Positions 16,220 to 27,571 of a DNA stretch of 64,000 bases are shown in pieces. The notes under the pieces were generated by a model, which was not told the DNA's origin, made no database searches, and saw only the letters and a program-made list of their open reading frames with translations. Origin of the DNA: an uncultured Alphaproteobacteria bacterium (lineage in GTDB: Bacteria; Pseudomonadota; Alphaproteobacteria; DATDPM01); assembly GCA_963841995.1 (NCBI GenBank), contig CAWJEX010000004.1, positions 3,087-67,086 on the forward strand. Direction: 5' to 3'. Position numbers and translations under genes: made by a program. The stretch's first letter is position 1. The number at the start of each line of letters is the position of its first letter.

Positions 16220-19065
16220 TGTCCGAGCCGCTCCAGAATTGCCGGCACATGCACTTGGTCGGCTTTGTAATTGCCGGTGAGCGCGTACATCACGAGATTG
16301 ATGCCGAATCGGAACGCCTGTTCCCGCTGCATGGCGCCGCCGGGGACGACCGGATACAGCGTCCGCAGCTCGTCATTGAGCGCCCAGGCGCCCGCCCAAT
16401 CATTGCCGCCGACGATCACCGGCGAGACGCCATCATTGGTCTGGGCGTCTTCGGCCGCGACCCAAAGCGATCCGCCGGCAAAGCGGCCGGGGAATTCCTG
16501 CATCAGGTAATAGGATTTTGTCAGCACGTGATCGGCGGGCAGCGGCACCAGCGGCGGAATCCGCAAATTCTGTGCGATGCGGCGCAACATAGCTGCCCCC
16601 GGCGCGTCCCAGGAGAAATCGCCGCTGGAATCGTCGCCGAGTCCCAATTTTGAATCGTGGGTGTCGAACAAGATAATGCCGCCGGTCGCCAGATATTGAT
16701 TGAGCTTCTGGACCGCGTAAGCCGAAGGCGGCGGCTGATCGACCGAAACCGGCCAATAGAGCAGCGGATAAAACAGAATCTCGTCGTTCTCGATATCGAC
16801 GGCGACGGGATCCGCGATTTCGGCGGCGGTTCGCCGGTCGACGATCTTGGTGAGGCCGCGCAATCCCGCTTCGCTTTCCTGATCGGTGGCGGTATCGCCG
16901 GTGCGCACATAGGCAAGCCTTGTGACGGAGGTCTCGGCGACGATCGCATCGTCGCCCGAAAGCGTTTTGTTCTGGGCCATCCCGTTCTGGGCCATCGCAT
17001 TGCCAGGCAAAAACAGCGACGCCGCCAGCGCAGCGCCGGCAATCGCCGCCGTCCCTCCGGAGACGCCGCGCCAGATCCGCCGGACCTGAATCTGCCGGGG
17101 GAGCAATCCGCGCAAGCTTAAGCTGACGATCACGTCGATCAAGGCGAGAAGGAATGCGGCGAGCCACAGCCACGGCTTCAGATCGAAAGCGGGGGCGGGG
17201 GCAAGCGCGCTGCGAATGGAATTCGTCGGAAGTTTTTGGATCGGCAGAAGGGTGCTTGCCGGATTGCCGACATTGACCGCGAGGCGGGCGGCTTCGCTGC
17301 CATAGAATCCCGGCGGATGTTTGGGGCCGATGGCGGGCGGATTGGCGGTATCGAAGGCGATCGCGGCGGAAAGCGGGGCGCCAAGTTTCCCAAATCCGTC
17401 GAGCGAACGGAAAGGCGGCAGGGGCGGTCCACCCGGCTTGCCGACGCCGCCATGGGACAGCGCGACGATCCGGCGCAGCATGTCCACGAACAATCCGGAG
17501 AGCGGCAGATTCGACCAATCGGCATTGGCGGTGATGTGGAAGAGAATGAGGGTGCCTTGATCGCGGCGCTCGGCGGTAACCAACGGAGTCCCGTCGGCCA
17601 GCTGCGCCCAGGTCTTGCTGCCGAGATCCAGCGACGGCTCGGCCAAGACCTGCCGCTCGACCGTGACGTCCGAGGGAATCGCCAATCCGGCAAAGGGACT
17701 CGATGGATCGAAGGGAGCCAGCGCCATCGGCGCGGTCCACGACATGACGCCGCCCAAGGCTCGGCCGCCCCGGCGAAGCGACACGGGAATCAATTCATCG
17801 GCCGGGGTGCCGACGGCGAGATCCGCACTTTCCGCCATGTGCGCGCCGGCAAAGCGCAACAGCACGCCGCCCTTGGAAATCCACGCTTCGAGCGCGTTGC
17901 GGTCGTCCGGGGTCAGCGCGATCGAATCGGAGAGGGTTAGAACCGAGGGGCCGCTCTTGAGCAAATCGCCGAGCGTGCCGATATGCACATCGCTGAAAGG
18001 TTCGAGCGCGCGCTTGAGATAATAGAGATCGCCGAGCAGCGGCCGATCAGACTCCTGGGGCGTCGCGGAAACGAGGCCGACGGTGCGCCGCTTCCAGCGC
18101 TCGTCGATGAGGAACACGGCGCCGGCACTGGGCTCGTCTTCGATATCGAGCCTCGCGATTTGATTGGCGACGTCGGCGGGAAGATCGAGGGCGGTTTCGG
18201 CATGCGCGCTGCTTGCTGGGAATACCAAGGGCTGAGCGGCCAGCACATGGCCTTCGTCGTCGAGGGCGTGAAGTTGCACCGATTCCAGGGGCGAGCCTTT
18301 CGCATCCGGGCGCAGCGCCTTGGCAACGAATCGCCCGGTTTCGGTTTCCGGCGGCAGCAGCAAATGAGGAATCGACACGAGATCGCCGGTCACGAAGCGC
18401 AAGGCTCCGAGCTTCGACAATTGTTGGGCAAGCGCAGACCCTGAGCCGCTTCGATCATCGAGGCCGTCGGCAAGCCAGATTACGGCCGCAGGCCGACGCA
18501 ACGCTTCTCCCGCCGGCCCGTTGAGCGCCGCCTCCAGCGCTTTCGCCGCCGCGGCACGATCGTCGGGCCAGGGCTTGGGCGTGACGGCCTGAACGATTTT
18601 TCGCGCTTCCGCCGCGCGCAACGGAGCGGGCGAGGCGATCGCCTCCCCGGATACCGGCGGCGCGGTGGTGAGGACGGCGACGGTGCGCGTCTCGCGCTCC
18701 GCTTCCGTCAATATCTCCTGCAGCACCGCTTGACGCTTCGCCCAATCGGGAGCGACCGTCCAGCCGTCATCGACGACGACAAGCACAGGCCCGTTGCCCT
18801 CAAATCTTGCGCCGCCACCGAAAATCGGATGGGCAAGCGCGAAAATAATGAAGGCGCCGAGAACAAGCCGAAGGATGGCGAGCCAAAGCGGCGTGCGGGC
18901 CGGCGTTTCCTCGGCGGCTTCGAGGCCGATCAGCAGACGCAAAGCCGGAAAGCGCGTTCGCCTTGCGGCGGGCGGCGTGATTTTCAGCAGCCACCACAGC
19001 GCCGGCAGCACGGCCAGCGCCAAAAGCAGCCAGGGCGATGCAAAGCTGAGCGGGCCGAAGGGCAT
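16216..19065 (-). CDS. N-terminal double-transmembrane-domain / DUF4159-containing protein (949 aa) of the MoxR operon
   Basis: Two N-terminal TM helices and a C-terminal LFYPLLYWP...ILFDTHDS (DUF4159-like). This is the typical partner of MoxR plus DUF58 in alphaproteobacteria. Confidence 0.6.
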   Translation of the reverse strand: MPFGPLSFASPWLLLALAVLPALWWLLKITPPAARRTRFPALRLLIGLEAAEETPARTPLWLAILRLVLGAFIIFALAHPIFGGGARFEGNGPVLVVVDDGWTVAPDWAKRQAVLQEILTEAERETRTVAVLTTAPPVSGEAIASPAPLRAAEARKIVQAVTPKPWPDDRAAAAKALEAALNGPAGEALRRPAAVIWLADGLDDRSGSGSALAQQLSKLGALRFVTGDLVSIPHLLLPPETETGRFVAKALRPDAKGSPLESVQLHALDDEGHVLAAQPLVFPASSAHAETALDLPADVANQIARLDIEDEPSAGAVFLIDERWKRRTVGLVSATPQESDRPLLGDLYYLKRALEPFSDVHIGTLGDLLKSGPSVLTLSDSIALTPDDRNALEAWISKGGVLLRFAGAHMAESADLAVGTPADELIPVSLRRGGRALGGVMSWTAPMALAPFDPSSPFAGLAIPSDVTVERQVLAEPSLDLGSKTWAQLADGTPLVTAERRDQGTLILFHITANADWSNLPLSGLFVDMLRRIVALSHGGVGKPGGPPLPPFRSLDGFGKLGAPLSAAIAFDTANPPAIGPKHPPGFYGSEAARLAVNVGNPASTLLPIQKLPTNSIRSALAPAPAFDLKPWLWLAAFLLALIDVIVSLSLRGLLPRQIQVRRIWRGVSGGTAAIAGAALAASLFLPGNAMAQNGMAQNKTLSGDDAIVAETSVTRLAYVRTGDTATDQESEAGLRGLTKIVDRRTAAEIADPVAVDIENDEILFYPLLYWPVSVDQPPPSAYAVQKLNQYLATGGIILFDTHDSKLGLGDDSSGDFSWDAPGAAMLRRIAQNLRIPPLVPLPADHVLTKSYYLMQEFPGRFAGGSLWVAAEDAQTNDGVSPVIVGGNDWAGAWALNDELRTLYPVVPGGAMQREQAFRFGINLVMYALTGNYKADQVHVPAILERLGQ

Positions 19066-19069
19066 GAAT

Positions 19070-20007
19070 TTAGCCCTGGCGGTAGCCGGGCGGCGACGTC
19101 GCGAGCGCTTCGTAAAGCGCCAGCAGCGCCGTCTGCGGCGGATGGTCGGTGCGATGGAGCGCGTACGTCCCGCCGGTCTTGAGCGCCAACTCCTTCAGCG
19201 CGTCCTTACGCGCCGCCAGCCTTGCCAAATAGGCCTCCCGCAAACTTTCGACGCGGCTGACCAGCAGCGAGTCTTCGCCTTCGAGTCCTTCGAAACAGAC
19301 GCGGCCGGAAAACGGCAAGGTTTCCTCGGCGGGATCGAGAATCTGCAGGATGTGACAGATTGCGCCAGCCGCCCAAAAACCGCGCACCGCCGCTTCGATC
19401 TCGGGAAGCGGCGAGAGAAAATCGCCGATGATGACGAGGCGGGCGAATTGCGGCAGCTCGGTGCGGGGGGCAGACTGGCGTCTTGAGAGGCCGCAACCGA
19501 AAACATCAACGATTGCGCCAAAAGTTCGAGCGCCGATTGGCCGCCTTGGGGCCATCCGCCGGAACCCAAAAGTGCGACCCGCTCGCCGCCCCGCACCAGC
19601 AAGGCGGCGATGGCCAAAAGCACGAGAATGGCGCGTTCCTGTTTTTCCGGGAAATCGGGTGCGGACCGGTAATGCATCGACGGCGAGCCGTCGCGCCATA
19701 GCCAGACGCTTTCCGCCGCTTCCCACTCCTTCTCACGAACGTAGACGGCATCCGATTTCGCCGACTGCCGCCAATCGATGCCGTGGAGGGAGTCGCCGGG
19801 GGAATAGCGGCGGAATTGCCAGAACGCTTCGCCGCGTCCAACCCGCCTTCGCCCATGCACGCCCTGTTCGACCGTCGCCGCCACCCGGGTGGCTTCAATC
19901 AGGAGAGGCGGAAGGGCGGCGGCGAGTTCTTCGGCCCGTTGGCGAATCGCTTGTGCCGCGAAAGGCGACGACGAAGGCGTGTTGCCGCTCAGGACAGCCT
20001 CGCGCAT
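19070..20007 (-). CDS. DUF58-family protein (MoxR partner), frameshifted near 19450-19500
   Basis: YSPGDSLHGIDWRQSAKSD is the DUF58 core. The C-terminus continues in ORF 19070..19726 (ARLVIIGDFLSP...). Confidence 0.7.
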
Positions 20008-21056
20008 AACGTCCGGATCAAATCGGCAATGGATATGCCGTCGGCCCGGGCCGCGAAATTGAGCGCCATGCGGTGACGCAGCACGGGGGCGGCGAGCGCA
20101 ATCACGTCGTCCACCGAAGGCGATAGACGACCCTGAAGTATGGCGCGCGCCCGCGACGCCAGCATCAAGGCCTGAGCCGCACGCGGACCCGGGCCCCAGG
20201 CGACATGCCGGGCGACATCGGGCAATCCGCTATCATCGGGCCGCGACCAGCGCACGAGATCGAGAATCGCGTTCACGACGCTTTCGCCGACGGGAATCTG
20301 GCGCACCAAATTTTGGGCTGCCAGCAATTCCTCGGCGGTCATGATTTGCGCCGGCCGTTCTTCGTCCGGTCCGGTAGTGGCGAGCAGAATCGTGCGCTCC
20401 GCCTCGCGGTCGGGATAGACGACGTCGATCTCGAGAAGAAATCGGTCGAGCTGGGCCTCAGGCAGCGGATAGGTTCCTTCCTGCTCGAGCGGATTTTGTG
20501 TCGCCAGCACATGGAAGGGCTTGGGCAAGGCTTGATAGTGGCCTGCTACCGAAACCCGGCGCTCCTGCATCGCCTGTAACAACGCGGATTGGGTGCGCGG
20601 GCTCGCCCGGTTGATTTCATCGGCCATCAGCAATTGGCAGAACACCGGACCTTCGATGAAGCGGAACGACCGTCGGCCGCTGGCGGATTCTTCCAGGACT
20701 TCGGAGCCCAGGATATCGGCGGGCATCAGATCGGGGGTGCACTGGATGCGCTTTTCGGCAAGGCCGAGCACTTGGCCCAAGGTTTCGACCAGCCGGGTCT
20801 TGCCCAAACCGGGCACGCCGATCAAAAGCGCGTGACCGCCGGAAAGAAGAGTGATCAGGGATTCGTCCACCACCTCCCGCTGGCCGAAGATGACGCGGCC
20901 CACCGCCGCGCGGACCTCGCCCATCCGTGCCGATAGCCGCTCAACCGCCGCTACCAGTTGCGGCGGCGGCTCGCCCTGGTCGAATTCCCGCTGATCCGTC
21001 ACGCCCTGAGCCATATCAGGGGATTCGCTTAGGTTCACCATCGCCTCGATCGCCAT
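19989..21056 (-). CDS. MoxR-family AAA+ ATPase
   Basis: LLIGVPGLGKT (Walker A), LLMADEINRASPRTQSALLQAM (Walker B / sensor) and VLATQNP. Confidence 0.9.
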   Translation of the reverse strand: MAIEAMVNLSESPDMAQGVTDQREFDQGEPPPQLVAAVERLSARMGEVRAAVGRVIFGQREVVDESLITLLSGGHALLIGVPGLGKTRLVETLGQVLGLAEKRIQCTPDLMPADILGSEVLEESASGRRSFRFIEGPVFCQLLMADEINRASPRTQSALLQAMQERRVSVAGHYQALPKPFHVLATQNPLEQEGTYPLPEAQLDRFLLEIDVVYPDREAERTILLATTGPDEERPAQIMTAEELLAAQNLVRQIPVGESVVNAILDLVRWSRPDDSGLPDVARHVAWGPGPRAAQALMLASRARAILQGRLSPSVDDVIALAAPVLRHRMALNFAARADGISIADLIRTLCARLS

Positions 21057-21229
21057 GTCGCCTTATCGTCCGTTACGATGTCCAGATTATCAGGTCTTAG
21101 GCCCGATGAATAATGTTTGGTCCCGGTGAGGTCCGTTCGGCCGGCCCGCCCGGGATGCCCTTTCCCTATTCCGTGACGGTTAGATGGCGGATGCCGGGGC
21201 ACCGCGTTTCTTATAGGGTGAGGGCCGCA

Positions 21230-21887
21230 ATGGACGGGGAGGCAAAAAAGGGCGCGAACGGCTTGTCTGAGGGCGGTGCGGCGACGTGGAAACTGCGCCA
21301 GGGGCTGTCCCGGCTGACAAAACCGCAATCGCGCGGCGACCATGATCTCAACCCCGGGATGGGGCGGTCGGCCGCTCTCATACCGGCGGCGGTCCTCGTT
21401 CCAGTTTTCGACAATGGCGCGGACATCGACGTGCTGTTCACCAAGCGCGGCATCGATCTGAGCGACCATGCCGGCGAGATCAGTTTTCCCGGCGGCCGGA
21501 TCGAACCGACCGACGACGACGCGGCGGCGGCGGCGCTGCGCGAGACCGAGGAAGAGCTCGGCTTGCCGAGCCGTCAAATCGAAATCATCGGCGCCCTCGA
21601 TCTCTACGAGAACTCGCACCGGATTTCTGGTGACGCCGCTGGTGGGGCTGGTCGCATCACCCCTCATTCTTCGACCCGATCCGCGCGAAGTCGCCGAAGT
21701 CATTCGCGTGCCGCTCGGGCATCTGCTGAATCGCAGCAACTACCGGAGCGAGGAGCGGGACGCCGGCGGCAAAATAAGGCGGTTCTATTCTCTTGCCTTT
21801 GGCGATTATGTGATCTGGGGGGCCACCGCCGGGATGCTGGTGAATTTGTGCGAAAGAGTAAATCACCAAGGAACGGATAGATTGTGA
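21230..21887 (+). CDS. CoA pyrophosphatase (NUDIX hydrolase, NudL-like), frameshifted near 21610-21630
   Basis: The Nudix box GGRIEPTDDDAAAAALRETEEELGL is present. The C-terminus continues in ORF 21468..21887 (GFLVTPLVGL...). Confidence 0.75.
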
Positions 21888-22150
21888 TGCGAATTCTTCT
21901 CGAATACATTTTGCCGCTGCTTGCGCCGACTATTCTCTATTTTCTCTGGATGCGGTTTGCCGCCAATCCGCAACAACAACGCGAGACGCCGTGGCTGTGG
22001 CTGGCCGCGGCAGGGCTGCTGTTCGCCATCGTCATTCTGGCGGCGTTCGAGCTTGGCGGCGGCAATAAAGACGATCTCTATGTGCCGCCGCATATGGAAA
22101 ACGGCGCGCTCGTCCCCGGCCATTTCATTCCCCGGAATTCCCAGCACTGA
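21884..22150 (+). CDS. hypothetical small membrane protein (88 aa)
   Basis: Two predicted TM helices, lying between nudL and cca. Confidence 0.35.
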   Translation: MMRILLEYILPLLAPTILYFLWMRFAANPQQQRETPWLWLAAAGLLFAIVILAAFELGGGNKDDLYVPPHMENGALVPGHFIPRNSQH

Positions 22151-22152
22151 CC

Positions 22153-23386
22153 ATGGATCCGGCCGGCAAAATCGCGTCTCAAGACTGGATGACCGCGGCC
22201 GAAACCAAGGCGGTGATTGCGGCTTTGACGCGAAAAGGCGCCATCGTCCGGTTTGTGGGCGGCTGCGTCCGCGATGCGATCCTGGGCCGTAAGGTGAAGG
22301 ACATCGACATTGCGACTCACGATCCGCCGGAAACCGTGATCAAGCTTCTCGAAGCCGCGCGCATCAAAGCGGTGCCGACCGGAATCGAACACGGCACGGT
22401 GACCGCGGTCATCAATCGCGCGCATTTCGAGATCACCACGCTCCGCGAAGACGTGGAGACTTACGGCCGCCACGCCAAGGTTGCCTTCACCGACGATTGG
22501 AAGGCGGATGCGGCGCGCCGGGATTTCACCTTCAACGCGATTTTCTGCGGGCCGGACGGAACGCTTTTCGATCCCTTCGGCGGCATCGAGGATCTGCATG
22601 CCGGCCGCGTGCGCTTCGTTGGCGATCCAGAAACCCGAATCAAGGAGGACGTGCTGCGTCTGTTGCGCTTCTTCCGCTTCCATGCCCATTACGGCAAGGG
22701 CGCGCCCGACCCTGCGGCGCTGGCCGCCTGCCGCAAGCTCGCCGAATTCCTCCCGACACTATCGGGCGAAAGAGTGGCCGGCGAAATCTTACGCTTGTTG
22801 AGCGCCGTCGATCCGGCACCGGTTGTCGATCTGATGCAGAAAGACGGCGTGCTCGCCCATGTGCTGCCGGAAGCCGAGCATATCCGCAAGCTCGTTACCC
22901 TGGCGGCGATCGAAAACGAGCTCGGCGAAAACGATCCCTTGCTCCGGCTGGCCTCCATGCTTCGCCGCGATATCGAAGTCGCCCAAGCGATCGCCGAGCG
23001 GCTGCAACTCTCAAGGGCGGAACGCGAAAGACTGGCGGCGCTGGTGGCGCCGGAAATCCCGGTCACGGTGACCGGCGACGAAAAAATTCACCGCCGCGAA
23101 CTCTATCGCCTGGGGGCGGCGCACTATCGCGATCTCGCCTTACTGGCCTGGGCGGACAGTCCGGCCGCTAATGATTCGCGGTTCCAAGCCATGCTCGCTT
23201 CGAATTCAGGAATGGAAGCCGAAGGAATTTCCGATTAAGGGCCGCGACGTGCTGGCGCTCGGAATCGAAAACGGGCCGAAGGTCGGCGATTTCCTGCGCC
23301 GGGTTGAAGACTGGTGGATCGGCAGCGATTTCCGCCCCGATCGCGAAGCGTGTCTGGAAAAACTCCGGAAGCTCGCGGCGCATTGA
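22153..23386 (+). CDS. cca: CCA tRNA nucleotidyltransferase / poly(A) polymerase family, frameshifted near 23170-23240
   Basis: GGCVRDAILGRKVKDIDIAT and RDFTFNAI are PolyA_pol motifs. The C-terminus continues in ORF 23171..23386. Confidence 0.8.
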
Positions 23387-23389
23387 TCC

Positions 23390-24259
23390 CTACGGCCACT
23401 TCACCTCAGGGGGCAGCGACATCAGAATCGCTTCGGTGTTGCCCCCGGTCATGAGACCGAATTTGGTGCCGCGGTCGTAAAGCAGATTGAATTCCACGTA
23501 GCGCCCGCGACGGACGAGCTGGGCTTGGCGCTGTTCCTCGGTCCAGGGCGCGTCCAAATGCCGGCGTACCAGTTCCGGATAGATGTCGAGGAACGCCAAG
23601 CCGACATCGCGGGTGAAGGCAAAATCCTTGTCCCAGTTTTCCGAATTCAGATCGTCGTAAAAAATCCCGCCGATCCCCCGCGGCTCGCCGCGATGGGGGA
23701 GATAGAAATAGTCGTCGCACCATTTTTTGAAGCGCGAGTAATAGTCGGCGCCATGGGCGTCGCAGGCCTTTTTCAGCCGGGCGTGGAAATCCGCGGCGTC
23801 ACGGGCATCGGGAATCATCGGCGTCAAATCCGCGCCGCCGCCGAACCAGGATTTGGTGGTCACGATATGCCGGGTGTTCATATGCACGGCGGGCACCGCC
23901 GGCGAATAAGGATGAATGACCAGGGAAATGCCGCTCGCCCAAAACCGCGGGTCGTCGGCCGCCCCGGGCATCTGTTTGCGGAATTCGGGGCCGAATTCGC
24001 CGGAAACGGTCGAAATATTGACGCCGGCCTTTTCGAACACCCGGCCGTGCAGGAGCGACATCACCCCGCCGCCTCCTTCTTCGCGATCCCAGGATTTGCG
24101 CGCGAATTTGCCGGGCGGAAGATGGGCGCGGGGGCCCTTATGGGCGGCTTCGAGCGCTTCGAGGGCGCCGCAGATTTTGTCGCGCAACTCGGAAAACCAG
24201 GCGCTGGTTTTTTGTTTTTGCCCGGCTTGTAATTGCGTGTCGAGGGTGGAGGGACTCAT
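23390..24259 (-). CDS. hemF: oxygen-dependent coproporphyrinogen-III oxidase
   Basis: Full-length match to the HemF family ([25 protein letters not shown]). Confidence 0.92.
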   Translation of the reverse strand: MSPSTLDTQLQAGQKQKTSAWFSELRDKICGALEALEAAHKGPRAHLPPGKFARKSWDREEGGGGVMSLLHGRVFEKAGVNISTVSGEFGPEFRKQMPGAADDPRFWASGISLVIHPYSPAVPAVHMNTRHIVTTKSWFGGGADLTPMIPDARDAADFHARLKKACDAHGADYYSRFKKWCDDYFYLPHRGEPRGIGGIFYDDLNSENWDKDFAFTRDVGLAFLDIYPELVRRHLDAPWTEEQRQAQLVRRGRYVEFNLLYDRGTKFGLMTGGNTEAILMSLPPEVKWP

Positions 24260-24717
24260 CGCGGGAATCCGTTCGTTTGTCGCAAGGCTTCGCCCAATAC
24301 CATGGCCGCCGCCTGGGCGACATTGATCGAGCGCAAACCCTTGGCCATCGGGATCCGGAGCTTGGCGTCCGCCGCCGACGACACGGAATCGGGTACGCCG
24401 GCCGATTCGCGGCCGACCATCAGCGTATCATTGGGACGAAAGGAAAAGTCGGCGTAATTCTTGTCGCCCTTGCTGGTCAGTAGAACGAGACGCCCCTGGT
24501 CGTTCGATCGGTGCCATTCCCGGTAGGCTTTCCACGAGGAATGGCGGGTCAAATCGACGTGGGCGAGATAATCAAGTGCGGCCCGCCGCATCCGGCGTTC
24601 GCTGAGGACGAATCCGCAGGGCTCGATCAAATCCACCGGAATATCCAGGCAGGCTCCGAGCCGGAACAAAGTACCCGCGTTCTGCGGGATATCGGGTTCG
24701 AACAGGGCGAGCCGCAT
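24256..24717 (-). CDS. trmL: tRNA (cytidine/uridine-2'-O-)-methyltransferase, SpoU/TrmL family
   Basis: [19 protein letters not shown]...[26 protein letters not shown] chose the start at the internal Met. Confidence 0.8.
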   Translation of the reverse strand: MRLALFEPDIPQNAGTLFRLGACLDIPVDLIEPCGFVLSERRMRRAALDYLAHVDLTRHSSWKAYREWHRSNDQGRLVLLTSKGDKNYADFSFRPNDTLMVGRESAGVPDSVSSAADAKLRIPMAKGLRSINVAQAAAMVLGEALRQTNGFPR

Positions 24718-24954
24718 GCGACGAAATTTTCCTCTTTCGGGCGCGGCGTTTGGCCGCAGAAGTATCCGGCTGTTCACTAGGCAAACGCGGTATTTTGGAT
24801 TATACCGCTGCGGGATACGCTCTTCATGCCCGTAGCATTCTTACCCCGCAATGGGGGCCCACGCTGGGGGCAGCGGCTTCATCGGGGATGGCGTAGGGGA
24901 TATAGTGCGGCGGTCCCGCCCGCGATATCGCTAAATCTTCAAGGGGGTCAGGGA

Positions 24955-25500
24955 ATGGCCGATACGGTTGGAAAGACCGAGACCGCGGGGGAAACCCGCC
25001 GCGATTTCCTTTTCCTTGCCACCGCGGCCGTCGGGGCCGTCGGGGTGGCCGCCACCTTGTGGCCCTTCATCGACACCATGAATCCGGCGGCGGATATCCG
25101 TGCCCTCTCTTCGGTTGACGTCGATCTGGCGCCGGTCGCCGCTGGCCAGCGGATCACCATCAAATGGCGGGGCAAGCCGGTATTCATCGATCACCGGACC
25201 GCCGAAGAAATCTCCAAGGCGCAGCAGGACGACAACGCCGATCTCCGCGATCCGGCGACCGATGCCTCCCGCGTCAAGAAACCGGAATGGCTGGTTCTGG
25301 TCGGCATCTGCACCCATCTCGGCTGCGTGCCGCTTGGCCAGAAGCCAACCGACCCCCGCGGCGATTGGGGCGGCTGGTTCTGCCCATGCCACGGCTCGGT
25401 CTACGACACTTCGGGGCGAATCCGCAAAGGCCCGGCTCCGCGGAATCTCGAGGTGCCGGCCTACGTCTTTACCTCCGATACGACGATCAAGATCGGTTAG
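24955..25500 (+). CDS. petA: ubiquinol-cytochrome c reductase Rieske iron-sulfur subunit
   Basis: CTHLGCVP and CPCHGS Rieske boxes. It is followed by cytochrome b and c1. Confidence 0.92.
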   Translation: MADTVGKTETAGETRRDFLFLATAAVGAVGVAATLWPFIDTMNPAADIRALSSVDVDLAPVAAGQRITIKWRGKPVFIDHRTAEEISKAQQDDNADLRDPATDASRVKKPEWLVLVGICTHLGCVPLGQKPTDPRGDWGGWFCPCHGSVYDTSGRIRKGPAPRNLEVPAYVFTSDTTIKIG

Positions 25501-25509
25501 GAAACAGTC

Positions 25510-26802
25510 ATGGCCCCACCGACGCTACCGCCCGAAAACGCCATCGTCCGTTGGATCGAGGCGCGCCTGCCGATTTTCAGCTTCGTCAAACATCACCTCA
25601 AGGATTATCCGACCCCGCGCAATCTGAACTACCTCTGGAACTTCGGTTCCATCGCCGGGATCATGCTGGTGGTCATGATTGTGACCGGCGTTCTGCTGGC
25701 GATGCAGTATACGGCGCATGTGGATATGGCGTTCAACTCGGTCGAACGCATCATGCGCGACGTGAATTACGGCTGGCTCCTGCGCTATCTGCACATGAAT
25801 GGCGGGTCGTTTTTCTTCCTCGCGATCTATATCCATCTTTTCCGCGGCATGTATTACGGCTCCTTCAAGGCGCCCCGCGAAATCCTGTGGTGGCTCGGGA
25901 TCATTATCTTGCTGCTGATGATGGCGACCGCCTTCATGGGCTATGTCCTCCCCTGGGGCCAAATGAGCTATTGGGCCGCCACCGTCATCACCAATTTATT
26001 GTCCGCCATTCCCTGGGTCGGCAACGACATCGTCACTTGGCTGTGGGGCGGATTTTCGGTCGACAACCCGACGCTCAACCGGTTTTACGCGCTCCATTAT
26101 CTGCTGCCGTTCCTGATCTTCGCCGTGGTGTTCGTGCATTTGTGGGCGCTGCATACGGTTAAATCGAACAATCCGCTCGGCATCGAGCCGAAGAAGCAGC
26201 AGGACACGATCCCTTTCCATCCCTATTACACGGTGAAGGATCTATTCGGCTTCGGCATGTTCTTTCTGATTTATCTTGCGGTCGTGTTCTTTGCGCCCAA
26301 TTGGCTCGGTGAAACGGATAATTACATTCCGGCCAATTCCCTGGTGACGCCGGCGCATATCGTGCCGGAATGGTATTTCCTGCCTTATTACGCAATCTTG
26401 CGTTCAGTCACGATCAATATCTCCATTCCGTTTACCGGCATCGTCATAATTCCCGCCAAGCTTGGCGGCGTGATCGCGATGTTCGGTTCGATCCTGATTC
26501 TTTTCGTCTTGCCGTGGCTCGACAGCTCGCCGATTAAGAGCGGCCGCTTCCGCCCGATCTTCAAGCAGCTGTTCGTGCTTTTCATCGTGGATTGCGCGGT
26601 GCTGACTTGGGTCGGGGCCAATCGGCCCGACGAGATGCTCATGATGGGGCCCGACATGGCCATCCCGTATCTGATGATCGGCCAAGTCGCCACCTTGTAT
26701 TATTTCGGCCATTTCCTCGTGCTGCTGCCGCTCCTTGCCCGATTCGAAAAACCGAGGCCGCTGCCGGACAGCATCAGCGCCGCCTCAAGCGGCCAGGGCT
26801 GA
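25510..26802 (+). CDS. petB: cytochrome b
   Basis: 430 aa with 8 TM helices and conserved heme-ligand His residues, typical of cytochrome b of the bc1 complex. Confidence 0.95.
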   Translation: MAPPTLPPENAIVRWIEARLPIFSFVKHHLKDYPTPRNLNYLWNFGSIAGIMLVVMIVTGVLLAMQYTAHVDMAFNSVERIMRDVNYGWLLRYLHMNGGSFFFLAIYIHLFRGMYYGSFKAPREILWWLGIIILLLMMATAFMGYVLPWGQMSYWAATVITNLLSAIPWVGNDIVTWLWGGFSVDNPTLNRFYALHYLLPFLIFAVVFVHLWALHTVKSNNPLGIEPKKQQDTIPFHPYYTVKDLFGFGMFFLIYLAVVFFAPNWLGETDNYIPANSLVTPAHIVPEWYFLPYYAILRSVTINISIPFTGIVIIPAKLGGVIAMFGSILILFVLPWLDSSPIKSGRFRPIFKQLFVLFIVDCAVLTWVGANRPDEMLMMGPDMAIPYLMIGQVATLYYFGHFLVLLPLLARFEKPRPLPDSISAASSGQG

Positions 26803-26805
26803 GCC

Positions 26806-27561
26806 ATGGGCCGGATTCGAAGCGCCGTCGTTCTCGTCATTACCGCCTTGATCGCGGTCCCTGCGCTCGCTGAAGAAGCCGCCCCGGCGGCCCAGGATTG
26901 GTCCTTTTCCGGCATCTTCGGCACCTATGACCGCGCCGCACTTCGCCGCGGCTTTCAGGTCTATCACGATGTTTGCTCAGCCTGTCATTCGCTCAACCGT
27001 GTCCGCTATCGCGATCTTCAGGAGATCGGCTTCAGCGAGGACGAAGCGAAAGCGCTTGCCGCCGAGAAGAAAGTGACCGACGGCCCCAACGATCAAGGCC
27101 AGATGTTCGAGCGGCCGGCGCGTCTTGCCGATGCGATCGTGCCGCCTTTCGCCAACGAGCCATTGGCGAGGCTTGCCAATAACGGCGCGCTGCCGCCCGA
27201 TCTGTCGTTGATCGTCAAGGCGCGAAAAGGCGGAGCCGATTACGTCGATGCGATCCTAATCGGCTTTGTCGATGCGCCGCCGGACGCCAAAATTCCCGAC
27301 GGCATGTTCTACAACGCCGCCTTCCCCGGTCATGCGATCGCCATGCCGCCGCCGCTTGTCGACGGCGCCGTCACCTACGCCGACAAGACACCGGCCACGG
27401 TTCCCCAATTGGCCCATGACGTCGTGACCTTTCTGAATTGGGCGGCCGAGCCGGAACTCGAAGCGCGCAAGAAGATGGGCCTGCGTGTGATGATCTATCT
27501 CGTTCTCCTCACCGCCATGCTTTACGCCGTAAAGCGGAAGGTGTGGAGCAAGCTCCACTAG
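26806..27561 (+). CDS. petC: cytochrome c1
   Basis: Signal peptide, CSACHS heme-binding motif and a C-terminal TM anchor. Confidence 0.92.
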   Translation: MGRIRSAVVLVITALIAVPALAEEAAPAAQDWSFSGIFGTYDRAALRRGFQVYHDVCSACHSLNRVRYRDLQEIGFSEDEAKALAAEKKVTDGPNDQGQMFERPARLADAIVPPFANEPLARLANNGALPPDLSLIVKARKGGADYVDAILIGFVDAPPDAKIPDGMFYNAAFPGHAIAMPPPLVDGAVTYADKTPATVPQLAHDVVTFLNWAAEPELEARKKMGLRVMIYLVLLTAMLYAVKRKVWSKLH

Positions 27562-27571
27562 GACTTAGACG

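Noticed and set aside
21035-21739. 234-aa minus-strand ORF
   Set aside because: It is antisense to the NUDIX CoA pyrophosphatase, which has a clear Nudix box. It has no recognisable motifs.
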